The position numbers were made by a program, and so were the translations under genes. The notes under the pieces are model-generated. The model made no database searches. It was given only the letters and a program-made list of their open reading frames with translations, and was not told the DNA's origin. Shown piece after piece: positions 25,881 to 33,946 of a DNA stretch of 64,000 nt. The stretch spans positions 2,596-66,595 of the forward strand of contig JACCVQ010000133.1 in assembly GCA_013698095.1 (NCBI GenBank). The letters run 5' to 3'. How positions within the stretch are numbered: the first letter of the stretch is position 1; the number at the start of each line of letters is the position of its first letter. The stretch comes from Chloroflexota bacterium. GTDB taxonomy: Bacteria; Chloroflexota; Limnocylindria; Limnocylindrales; CSP1-4.

Positions 25881-27077
25881 ATGCCACCTGAACTCGACGT
25901 CGTGGTGCTTGGCGGCGGAGGTCATGTCGGGCTCCCCCTGAGCCTTGCCTTCGCCCGGGCCGGCCTGCGGGTCGGCATTTACGACATCAGCCAGCCCGGC
26001 CTCGACCGGATCGCCGCCGGCAAGATGCCGTTCAAGGAGAACGGGGCCGACGAACTCCTCGCCGAGCTCCTGCCGACCGGCCGTCTCGAGATGAGCACGG
26101 ATGGTGCGATCCTCGCTCGGACCATGCAGGTCGTCGTCGTGATCGGCACCCCGGTCGACGAGTTCCTCGGGCCATCGATGACGGTCTTCGAACGAGCCGT
26201 TGCTCAGATCAGCCCATACCTCCGCGATGGCGCGCTGATCGTGTTGCGGAGCACCGTGTATCCCGGCACGACCGCCTATGTGGCCCAGCACCTTGCCAGG
26301 CGCGGCGCCAATGTCGACGTCGCCTTCTGCCCGGAACGGATCGCCGAGGGCCACGCCCTCGAGGAGCTCCACACCCTGCCCCAGATCGTCGGCGCCGACA
26401 CCGAGCCGGCCGGCGATCGAGCCGAGGCACTCTTCGGCCGCCTTGCCAGGAAGACGATCCGGACGACGTCCAAGGAGGCGGAGCTCGCGAAGCTCTTCAC
26501 GAATACCTGGCGCTACATGAAGTTCGCCGTCGCGAACCAGTTCTTCATGATCGCGGACCAGGCAGGTATCGACTACTCGAACGTCCTCGACGCGATCCGG
26601 ACGGACTATCCGCGCGCGGCGGACCTCCCGTCGCCGGGCTTCGCCGCGGGCCCTTGCCTGTTCAAGGACACGATGCAGCTCGCCGCCTTCACGACCGACC
26701 ACTTCCCGCTCGGACAGGCCGCGATGCAGGTCAACGAGGGTCTGCCGGCGTATATCGTCTCGGCGCTCGAGCGCCGCTACGAGGGGCTCCATGGCAAGAC
26801 GGTCGGGATCCTCGGCATGGCGTTCAAGGCCGAGTCCGATGACGCCCGGGCGTCGCTCAGCTACAAGCTCCGGAAGCTCCTCGCCTGGGCTGGCGCCACT
26901 GTCGTCTGCACGGACCCGTTCGTCCAGGACGACCGGCTCACGACTCTCGAGTGCGTCCTGGAGGAGAGCGACGTGCTCGTGCTCGGCGTGCCGCACAAGG
27001 CGTACCGCAGCCTCGACGTCGGGGGCAAGGACGTCGTCGACGTCTGGGGCGCCCTCGGCGAGGGCATCCGGCTGTGA
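25881..27077 (+). CDS. nucleotide-sugar dehydrogenase (UDP-glucose/GDP-mannose dehydrogenase family)
   Basis: Contains VVVLGGGGHVGLPLSLAFA, VAFCPERIAEG, KEAELAKLFTNTWRYMKFAVANQF, GFAAGPCLFKD and ILGMAFKAESDDARAS. Confidence 0.85.
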   Translation: MPPELDVVVLGGGGHVGLPLSLAFARAGLRVGIYDISQPGLDRIAAGKMPFKENGADELLAELLPTGRLEMSTDGAILARTMQVVVVIGTPVDEFLGPSMTVFERAVAQISPYLRDGALIVLRSTVYPGTTAYVAQHLARRGANVDVAFCPERIAEGHALEELHTLPQIVGADTEPAGDRAEALFGRLARKTIRTTSKEAELAKLFTNTWRYMKFAVANQFFMIADQAGIDYSNVLDAIRTDYPRAADLPSPGFAAGPCLFKDTMQLAAFTTDHFPLGQAAMQVNEGLPAYIVSALERRYEGLHGKTVGILGMAFKAESDDARASLSYKLRKLLAWAGATVVCTDPFVQDDRLTTLECVLEESDVLVLGVPHKAYRSLDVGGKDVVDVWGALGEGIRL

Positions 27078-28096
27078 AGATCCTGATCACCGGCGCCGCC
27101 GGGTTCATCAACGGCTATCTCGTCCCGGAGCTGCTCGAGGCCGGCCACGAGGTCATCGGGCTCGACGACTTCAGCAAATACGGCCGCCTGACGAAGTCGT
27201 ACGACCATCACCCGCGTTACCGCTTCTTCGAGGGCGACGCCAAGGACGTCGGGCTGATGACCGAGCTGGCGGCAGACGTCGACCAGGTCGTGGCCGCCGC
27301 TGCGATGATTGGTGGGATCAGCTACTTCCACGAGTTCGCGTACGACCTGCTGGCCGAGAACGAGCGGATCCTCGCCTCGACGTTCGATGCGGCGATCGCC
27401 GCCCACAAGACCGGCCGGCTGAAGCGGATCATCGTCGTGAGCTCGTCGATGGTCTACGAGTCGGCGACGGTGTTCCCGACCCCGGAAGGCGCCGAGAAGA
27501 CCTCGCCGCCGCCGATCTCGACCTACGGCTTCCAGAAGCTCGCGTCCGAGTATTTCGCGGCCGGTGCCAGGGAGCAGTTCCAGCTGCCGTACACGATCGT
27601 CCGACCGTTCAACTGCGTCGGGATCGGCGAACGCCGGGCCACGCGCGACACCGACATCATGTCCGGCAACGTGAAGCTGGCTCTCTCGCACGTCGTACCG
27701 GATCTCGTGCTCAAGGTGCTCAAGGGCCAGGACCCGCTCCACGTCCTGGGCGACGGGTCGCAGGTCCGCCACTACACGTACGGCGGCGACCTCGCTCATG
27801 GCATCCGCCTTGCGATGGAGTCGCCGGCCGCCGAAAACAACGACTTCAACCTGTCCACGGCCCGCTCGACGACCGTCCTCGAGCTGGCCGAATGCATCTG
27901 GTCGAAGATCCACACCGACGGCCGCCCGTTCAACTACACCTCGGACACGCCGTTCAAGCACGATGTCCAGCTCCGCGTCCCGGACGTCCGGAAGGCGAAG
28001 GAAGTCCTCGGCTATGAGGCGACGACGTCGCTCGAGACGATGCTCGACGAGGTGATCCCGTGGATCCGCGACGAGGTCGCGGCGGGGCGGCTGTGA
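27074..28096 (+). CDS. NAD-dependent epimerase/dehydratase (extended SDR)
   Basis: ORF 26951..28096 was trimmed to GTG 27074 (GTGA overlap). Contains VKILITGAAGFINGYLVPELLEAGHEVIGLD, SSSMVY and YGFQKLASE (Y-x3-K). Confidence 0.85.
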   Translation: MKILITGAAGFINGYLVPELLEAGHEVIGLDDFSKYGRLTKSYDHHPRYRFFEGDAKDVGLMTELAADVDQVVAAAAMIGGISYFHEFAYDLLAENERILASTFDAAIAAHKTGRLKRIIVVSSSMVYESATVFPTPEGAEKTSPPPISTYGFQKLASEYFAAGAREQFQLPYTIVRPFNCVGIGERRATRDTDIMSGNVKLALSHVVPDLVLKVLKGQDPLHVLGDGSQVRHYTYGGDLAHGIRLAMESPAAENNDFNLSTARSTTVLELAECIWSKIHTDGRPFNYTSDTPFKHDVQLRVPDVRKAKEVLGYEATTSLETMLDEVIPWIRDEVAAGRL

Positions 28097-28842
28097 GCGC
28101 GAGCGGCATCCCTCCCGAGCTCTCGATCGTCCTGCCCGTGTACAACGAGGGCGAGGGGGTCGAGCCGGTCCTCCGGGCACTGTCGGCCGGGATCAAGACG
28201 CCCCACGAGCTGGTCGTCGTGTACGACTTCGACGAGGACACCACCGTGCCCGTCGTGGCCCGGCTCGCACACGAGATCCCGAACCTGCGCAGCCTCCGCA
28301 ACGATCTCGGTCGGGGCGTGCTCAATGCGATGAAAGCGGGCATCGCCGGCACGACTGGACCGTTTGTCCTGATCTCGATGGCCGACGGCTCCGACGAGCC
28401 CCACGTCGTCGACCCGATGGTCGCGCTCGCCCGCGACGGTGCCGACATCGTGTCGGCCAGTCGGTACATCAAGGGTGGCCATCAGGTCGGCGGGCCACGC
28501 CTGAAGCGACTGATGAGCCGAGCGGCCGGGCTCAGCCTGCATCACCTCGCCGGCGTCCCGACCCACGACCCGACAAACAACTTCAAGCTCTACCAACGGA
28601 CGTTTCTGGCGACGACTCCGATCGAGAGCAGTGCCGGCTTCGAGCTGGCCCTGGAGCTGACGGTGAAGGCCACCCTCGCCGGCAGCCGCATCGCCGAGAT
28701 CCCCACCACGTGGCGCGACCGGACGGCCGGTCAGAGCAACTTCAAGCTCCGCAAGTGGCTACCGCACTATCTCCACTGGTACCGCGTCGCATTTGCCGGC
28801 CGCATTCGTCGGCTCGCCGGCCGCCGCCCTCGAGCCCGCTGA
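28093..28842 (+). CDS. GT2 polyprenyl-phosphate glycosyltransferase (DPM1 / ArnC-like)
   Basis: ORF 28060..28842 was trimmed to GTG 28093 (GTGA overlap). Contains LSIVLPVYNEGEGV, VVVYDFDEDTT, ISMADGSDEP, ASRY..GG, DPTNNFKLY and ELTVKATLAGSRIAEIPTTWRDR. Confidence 0.85.
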   Translation: MSASGIPPELSIVLPVYNEGEGVEPVLRALSAGIKTPHELVVVYDFDEDTTVPVVARLAHEIPNLRSLRNDLGRGVLNAMKAGIAGTTGPFVLISMADGSDEPHVVDPMVALARDGADIVSASRYIKGGHQVGGPRLKRLMSRAAGLSLHHLAGVPTHDPTNNFKLYQRTFLATTPIESSAGFELALELTVKATLAGSRIAEIPTTWRDRTAGQSNFKLRKWLPHYLHWYRVAFAGRIRRLAGRRPRAR

Positions 28843-30066
28843 CTCGACTGCCTCGGTGCGGAGAATCGCGATCGTCGCCGCGAGGATCGCGAGCATCGCG
28901 AGGGACCCGGCGACTCCGAGCGGACCGCCGACCGGGAGGGTCGCGCCGACCTCCGGAGTCGGCGGCACGGCGGCCAGCAGGTTCAGCGTGAACACGACCC
29001 CGAATACGAGGGCCAGCCAGGCCGCCCGACGATCCGGGAAGGCGAGAGCGAGGAACGCCAGCGCCCCGAAGGCGTAGCGCTCGTGCATCGTCGTCAGCAG
29101 GCAGAACGCGACGAGGACGGACGCAGCGAGGCCATACGCCAGCCCCCGCGCGGAGCGCGCTCGATACGCCAGGCCGAAGACAGCCAGCTCGCCGAGCAGG
29201 GCCAGGCCGTATCCAACGTGGCGCAGGGTCAGCGAGCCGACGACCGCGCCCTGGTCGGATACGAACTGACCGCCCGCGAAAGCCTCCTGGACCAGCCACC
29301 ACGCGTTCCACGCCCGGAGCGAGAGGATCGCGAAGATGTCGCCCTGGTACTCGGCGAGGTTCCGGGCGTAGCCCTGGACCCCGCCGGCCGCGAGGAACGG
29401 CAGCCACAGCAGGACGATGACTGCGGCCCCGACCAGCCCGGCCCGGACGGCGCCAAGCCAGCCGTCGCGGGCCAGGAACCACGCCCCGAATGGCACGAGG
29501 AATGGCAGGGCCTGCGGCTTGGTCATCAGGGCGACCGCCAGCGCCGCAGCGGCCCAGAGCGAATGGCCGCGGACCGCCAGGACGTAGGCGACGGCGCCGC
29601 CGAGCACGTAGATCGACTCGTACTGGCCCCACCACGCGCTGACGTCGATGACGGCCGGGTGAAGCAGGATCGCGGCACCGCCGAGGATCGCCCAGCGCCG
29701 GGTAGCCCGGAGGTGCCAGATGACGACGAGGCCAAGGGCGATGTCGGCCAGGCTGGCCGGCGCCTTCATAATCGCCCGGATCCCGGGCTCGGCCGATGTC
29801 GTCACCGTTCGGAACGCCGGCTCGATGGCCGCGAGGACGCCCCAGATCCAGGCCATGACGGGCGGGAACGACAGGTTCTGGTCGTACGCGTTGCCGAAGG
29901 AGCCAGTCGCGAGGCCGTGAACCCACAGGACGAACTGGTCGAGGTCGCCGGTCAGGCCCGGCGTGGGCCACAGGGCGATCCGAATGGCGATGGCGAGCGC
30001 GACGATCGCGGCGACTGCCCCGATGAACGGGATCCGGGGCGTCGCGTCACGGGTGCGTTCACTCAA
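28759..30066 (-). CDS. GT-C fold membrane glycosyltransferase, Gpi18/PIG-V-related or ALG-like (COG5542-type)
   Basis: ORF 28759..30465 was trimmed to TTG 30066; the start is uncertain. Contains IRIALWPTPGLTGDLDQFVLWVHGL, NLSFPPVMAWIW, SAWWGQYESIY, ALMTKPQALPFL, and TTMHERYAFGALAFLAL near the C-terminus. The 3' end overlaps the convergent GT2 gene by 84 nt. Confidence 0.6.
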   Translation of the reverse strand: MSERTRDATPRIPFIGAVAAIVALAIAIRIALWPTPGLTGDLDQFVLWVHGLATGSFGNAYDQNLSFPPVMAWIWGVLAAIEPAFRTVTTSAEPGIRAIMKAPASLADIALGLVVIWHLRATRRWAILGGAAILLHPAVIDVSAWWGQYESIYVLGGAVAYVLAVRGHSLWAAAALAVALMTKPQALPFLVPFGAWFLARDGWLGAVRAGLVGAAVIVLLWLPFLAAGGVQGYARNLAEYQGDIFAILSLRAWNAWWLVQEAFAGGQFVSDQGAVVGSLTLRHVGYGLALLGELAVFGLAYRARSARGLAYGLAASVLVAFCLLTTMHERYAFGALAFLALAFPDRRAAWLALVFGVVFTLNLLAAVPPTPEVGATLPVGGPLGVAGSLAMLAILAATIAILRTEAVESAGSRAAAGEPTNAAGKCDAVPVEIVR

Positions 30067-30195
30067 GGCGGACCCATCGTAGCGTCGGGGAGGGGGTCGC
30101 TCACCCGCCCGCCTGCGATGTTCGAAAGGCGCGTGCGAGTCGGCGGCCACATCGTGCGACGGCCAGCCCGGCCCCGACCGTGCGACCATGCGCCC

Positions 30196-30450
30196 ATGGA
30201 GAAGCATAACCGCGAACAACGACGGCAGGCGAAGTTCGGCGGCGGCCGAGCCAAGGACCAGGGCGGCTGGCCGACCGGCGAGCCGAATCCGGTCTTCGGC
30301 GGCGGCGAGGCGCCCGAGGAGGCGATCGCCGGCCGACCGGACCAGGATCAGACCAAGCTGACCGGACCGGGAACGGGTGGCGCCACGGAGCAGGACGAGC
30401 GGATGCCGCACCACGAGGGCGTCCACGGGAGCAACAGCGCCAAAGGCTGA
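30196..30450 (+). CDS. hypothetical small hydrophilic Gly-rich protein (84 aa)
   Basis: It lies inside the antisense-looking ORF 29083..30450, in a stretch of about 480 bp that no gene explains. From ATG 30196 it reads MEKHNREQRRQAKFGGGRAKDQGGWPTGEPNPVFGGGEAPEE... Third-codon positions are almost all G/C while second positions are mixed, which is the pattern of genuine genes in this window. No clear SD sequence, and no family recognised. Confidence 0.35.
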   Translation: MEKHNREQRRQAKFGGGRAKDQGGWPTGEPNPVFGGGEAPEEAIAGRPDQDQTKLTGPGTGGATEQDERMPHHEGVHGSNSAKG

Positions 30451-30543
30451 CCCGACGGGTTGCACCCGGCCAGGACTATGCGGCTATTCGAAACGGCGGC
30501 GCGGTCACGTTGGGCCGCCCCGCACGCCCCACCCCGGCGACCG

Positions 30544-31641
30544 CTACGCCTGCGCCGTCGACCAGTAGCGCTCGGCGGCTCCGCCTGACCCGTCGAGCAG
30601 GGCGACCTTCCGGGCATACGCCCGGACCTGTCGAGCCATCTCCTGGGTCCCCTCGAACAGCCGATCGATCTGGCTCTCGTACAGGTTGATGCCGCTGATC
30701 TTGCGCTCGAGCTGATCGCCGATGTCGGCGAATTCGGGACTCAGGTGGACGCCGTCAGGCAGGTCGGCGAAGGCGGTTCGCGGCAAGTCCTCGAGACGCG
30801 AGAAGTCGTTCCACCAGGCGTAGGGGAAGTCCTCGTAGAACGTGACGATTCCGGCGTAATCCGGTCCGGGCATGACCCAGCGCCGGCCCTCGCCCAGGAG
30901 CTTCACTCCCACGTCGCGACAGAGTTGATGGTCGACGTGGTTGCCGACGCCGAGCGGCAGGTACAGTTTCTGCGGCTCGAGCCGGACGATCTCGCGGAGC
31001 AGGATCTCGTACGGCGCGGCGTCGTCGGCGCGCGGCGCATTCAGCAGCTCCTCGTCGTTCTCGTACCCGCGGAACACGGCGTCGGGCAGGTCGAGGAACA
31101 CGATCGAGGCTTCGGCAAAGGCCGCGAACATCTCATCTTCGAGACGCCGTTTCGCCATCAGCTCGCCCGCGGCGGCGGCATCGACCAGCTCGTCGGTCGC
31201 GACCGCGCCCTGCGTGCTGAGCGTGTCCATCACCGGCTGACCGGCCAGCGACTCGGACCGGATGCTCGCCCGGCGGTACCACGACGAGCGCTGCCAGAAG
31301 CGCTTGGCGGCGGCGTCGGCGTCGACCTGGGTGGCCTCGAGCCGGTCGTCGGTGGCCGCCCAAGCCGGAAGCACCTCGGGATCGCCGTAGACCGGGAAGT
31401 CGGCCGCGATGTGGGAGCGGTTGAACGCTTCCGACACCGGCCACATCGTCTTCGTCCCGAAGCCGAGCGCCTCGCGCTGGTAGGTCGTGAGGCCGTCGCC
31501 GTTCTCGCGCTCGGCCCGGCCCGTACCCGAGAACACCGTCAGGATCGTCACGTTCTGGCCGAGCTCGCGGAGGCTCGCGATCAGCCCGCCGCAGGAGAGC
31601 GCAACGTCGTCGGGATGGGGGGCGACGAAGACGTGGGTCAT
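30544..31641 (-). CDS. PIG-L / LmbE family N-acetylglucosaminyl deacetylase with a large internal insertion
   Basis: ORF 30544..31746 was trimmed to ATG 31641 (MTHVFVAPHPDDVALSCGG). The second metal motif GVGNHVDHQ appears only at about residue 245 of 365. Confidence 0.8.
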   Translation of the reverse strand: MTHVFVAPHPDDVALSCGGLIASLRELGQNVTILTVFSGTGRAERENGDGLTTYQREALGFGTKTMWPVSEAFNRSHIAADFPVYGDPEVLPAWAATDDRLEATQVDADAAAKRFWQRSSWYRRASIRSESLAGQPVMDTLSTQGAVATDELVDAAAAGELMAKRRLEDEMFAAFAEASIVFLDLPDAVFRGYENDEELLNAPRADDAAPYEILLREIVRLEPQKLYLPLGVGNHVDHQLCRDVGVKLLGEGRRWVMPGPDYAGIVTFYEDFPYAWWNDFSRLEDLPRTAFADLPDGVHLSPEFADIGDQLERKISGINLYESQIDRLFEGTQEMARQVRAYARKVALLDGSGGAAERYWSTAQA

Positions 31642-31806
31642 GGCCGGGCGAGTATAGCGAGGCGCCTCCCCGCTCCGTGCCCTTGGGTCGGAGCGCCCTC
31701 GCAATTCGACATCCTCAACTGGTATCGTCCCGCGGGGCGAACGCACCGGGATGTGTCGCCCGCCCGTGAACGTCCCGTGCGACAGGTGGAATCGAGGGGA
31801 GAGGCA

Positions 31807-33831
31807 GTGCCGTCGCTTGGGCTCGCCGACGAACTCGCCATCACGATCGCCAACCCGGACAGCCTCCTCGCGATCGGGCTGGCGCTGCTGCTGGGCGCCG
31901 GCTGCTGGCTGCTCGGATTCTGGATTGCCCGGACCGTCGGTCTCTTCCGGCCCGACGCACCTGCAGGCGAGATGCTCGGGGTCGGGCTCGCCTTCGGGTT
32001 GATGGTGGTGACCGCCTGGTGGGCAGCGATCTGGTCCGGCGGACGGAGCTCGTTCGTACCGGTGGCGATCGGCTTCGCCCTGGCGCTCGTTCTGGCGATC
32101 GCGCGACGTCCGCCGGCGCCGGCCGTCGCCGTGTCAGTGTCGGATGCGAGTGACGGCGACGAAGGGACGACCCAATCGCGATCCGCCCGCCGACCGTCCC
32201 TCCCGCTGACGGCCGTCGGGGCAGGCGTCTTCGTGGTCGCCGTCGCCCTTCTGTACGGCTCGACCATGTCGCTGAGCCCCAGAGACGGCGTTCAGCCGGT
32301 CGAGAAGACCGACATCGCCTTCTACGCGGTCCTTGGGCGGGACCTTGTCACCACCGGCACGGAGACGAACACGCTGCCCTCCGGCTTCGACGATCTGGCT
32401 GGGGCCTCGCCGCAGGTCTGGTACCACTGGGGCGAGCTGTGGCTGGCCTCGGCGGTCATCAAGCTCTTCGGAATTGCCCCGCTCGGCGCGCGCTACCTGG
32501 TGGTGCTGCCGTTGTTGCTCCTCGCGACGGCGGCCATGACCGGAACCTTCGTCCGTCGCCTGGCGGGGACCTCGTCTCCCGCCGCCTATCTGTTCGGCTT
32601 CGTCGTCTGCCTGCTCCTCGCGCCCGTGCCGCTCCTGGCCGGCCCGTTCTTCAGCGTCTGGGCGGCCGGCATGATCTACGGCATCGCCGTGTTCGGCCTC
32701 GCGGCGGTCGCCGTCCTGTGCGTGATCCATGCCCTCGCGATCCAGAGCACGCTCCAACCCTCCTGGACCCTCGCCGTATTCCTGGGGAGCGCGGTCGCCT
32801 TCGTCCTGCCAGCGCACATCATCGTCGCGCTGCTCGGGCTGGTCGGGCTCGGGGTCCCCGTCGCCATCCGGATCGGCGGGTCCCTCGTCGCGACGCGTCG
32901 GCCGCCCAGCGCCTCTCCGCTCTGGTGGCGAACGCTGATCGCGGCCGCGGCCGCTGTCCTGTCCACCGTCGCCTGGGGCGCGATCACCGATCACGGTCTC
33001 GGAGAGGGCGGACCTCTTGTCGGGATCACGCCGTTCAACGACGCCTGGCGCGACACGGTCCTCGTTGTGACGCTTGGCGCGGGCCTGCTGCTGGCAATCC
33101 CGATCGCGGGGATTCTCTCTCACCGGGGCAATCGCCTGCTCTTCGACGCCTGCGTCGGCACGGTCGCGATGGTGGTCGCGGGCGCGTTGCTGTGGGGCTG
33201 GCGAGTGGCCGCCTTCAACACGTTCTACCTCTTCTTTGCCGCCATCGCCGTCTTTGCGACGCCGATCGCCGCCGCGGGGGCCTGGTGGCTGATGCAACGG
33301 CTTTGGGCCGCCCGGCGTCGCGGATTGGCGATCGGCATCGCCACGCTCTGCTTCCTCCAGCTGGAGTTCGGCTTGCTGATCAGTCTCAGCCGGCTCCACG
33401 GACAAGACTCCGTGTACGAGCCGATTCCGGTCGCCGTCCTCGCGGCCATCGAGCGCCTGCCACCGGACGCAAAGCTCGCGTATGCCTGCCAGTCGTTCGA
33501 GGAGATCTCGTTCGTCAATTCGAAGCTGCTCAGCATCGACGCCCACACGGCGCGGCGGATCGTACCGATGTGCTTCCAGGCGGATGTCAACGGCCCGCTC
33601 TTGGGCGCGGAGGTCGACGATGCGGTCCCGGACGCCGGGTTCGTGTTCGCGCCTCAGGCGGCCCTCTATCCCGACTCAAGCACCCGCCCATCGTCGGCGG
33701 CCGTGGCGGCTTTCCTCAGGGCCCACGGCATCGAATACATCTATGCCGACGCTGGGCACCCGAATACTCTCGTCACCGGGGCAATTCCGGTCGAGACCGT
33801 CGGCAGGTTCGAGCTGCTTCAGGTCCCCTGA
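31807..33831 (+). CDS. large polytopic membrane protein with C-terminal soluble domain (unassigned; candidate GT-C glycosyltransferase or polymerase)
   Basis: ORF 30745..33831 was trimmed to GTG 31807, which is preceded by GGGGAGAGG. About 14 hydrophobic helices follow. An extracytoplasmic-looking loop reads SPRDGVQPVEKTDIAFYAVLGRDL...QVWYHWGELW, and the C-terminal 150 aa are hydrophilic. Confidence 0.55.
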   Translation: MPSLGLADELAITIANPDSLLAIGLALLLGAGCWLLGFWIARTVGLFRPDAPAGEMLGVGLAFGLMVVTAWWAAIWSGGRSSFVPVAIGFALALVLAIARRPPAPAVAVSVSDASDGDEGTTQSRSARRPSLPLTAVGAGVFVVAVALLYGSTMSLSPRDGVQPVEKTDIAFYAVLGRDLVTTGTETNTLPSGFDDLAGASPQVWYHWGELWLASAVIKLFGIAPLGARYLVVLPLLLLATAAMTGTFVRRLAGTSSPAAYLFGFVVCLLLAPVPLLAGPFFSVWAAGMIYGIAVFGLAAVAVLCVIHALAIQSTLQPSWTLAVFLGSAVAFVLPAHIIVALLGLVGLGVPVAIRIGGSLVATRRPPSASPLWWRTLIAAAAAVLSTVAWGAITDHGLGEGGPLVGITPFNDAWRDTVLVVTLGAGLLLAIPIAGILSHRGNRLLFDACVGTVAMVVAGALLWGWRVAAFNTFYLFFAAIAVFATPIAAAGAWWLMQRLWAARRRGLAIGIATLCFLQLEFGLLISLSRLHGQDSVYEPIPVAVLAAIERLPPDAKLAYACQSFEEISFVNSKLLSIDAHTARRIVPMCFQADVNGPLLGAEVDDAVPDAGFVFAPQAALYPDSSTRPSSAAVAAFLRAHGIEYIYADAGHPNTLVTGAIPVETVGRFELLQVP

Positions 33832-33946
33832 TGGCGACGATCGTCCTGCTCGTTGCCGGACGGTTGTGGAGATCCACCGGCTCACCGACCCCCGGTACAC
33901 TGGCCGCCATGGTTCAGGCCTCGTCCCGTCACGAGTCGGGCTCCTC

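Noticed and set aside
24303-26996. 897-aa minus-strand ORF spanning the membrane-protein and dehydrogenase genes
   Set aside because: The product is extremely Arg/Glu/Asp/Pro-rich with no domains. The + strand encodes recognisable proteins with strong motifs, including a nucleotide-sugar dehydrogenase.
18581-31641. GT4 + GNAT + PIG-L/LmbE as a mycothiol- or bacillithiol-type thiol pathway (MshA/B/D, BshA/B)
   Set aside because: The three genes are 10 kb apart, on different strands and in different operons. No cysteine ligase (MshC/BshC) is present. The GNAT is of the CelD/FemAB-like type rather than MshD-like, and all are embedded among GT-C genes.
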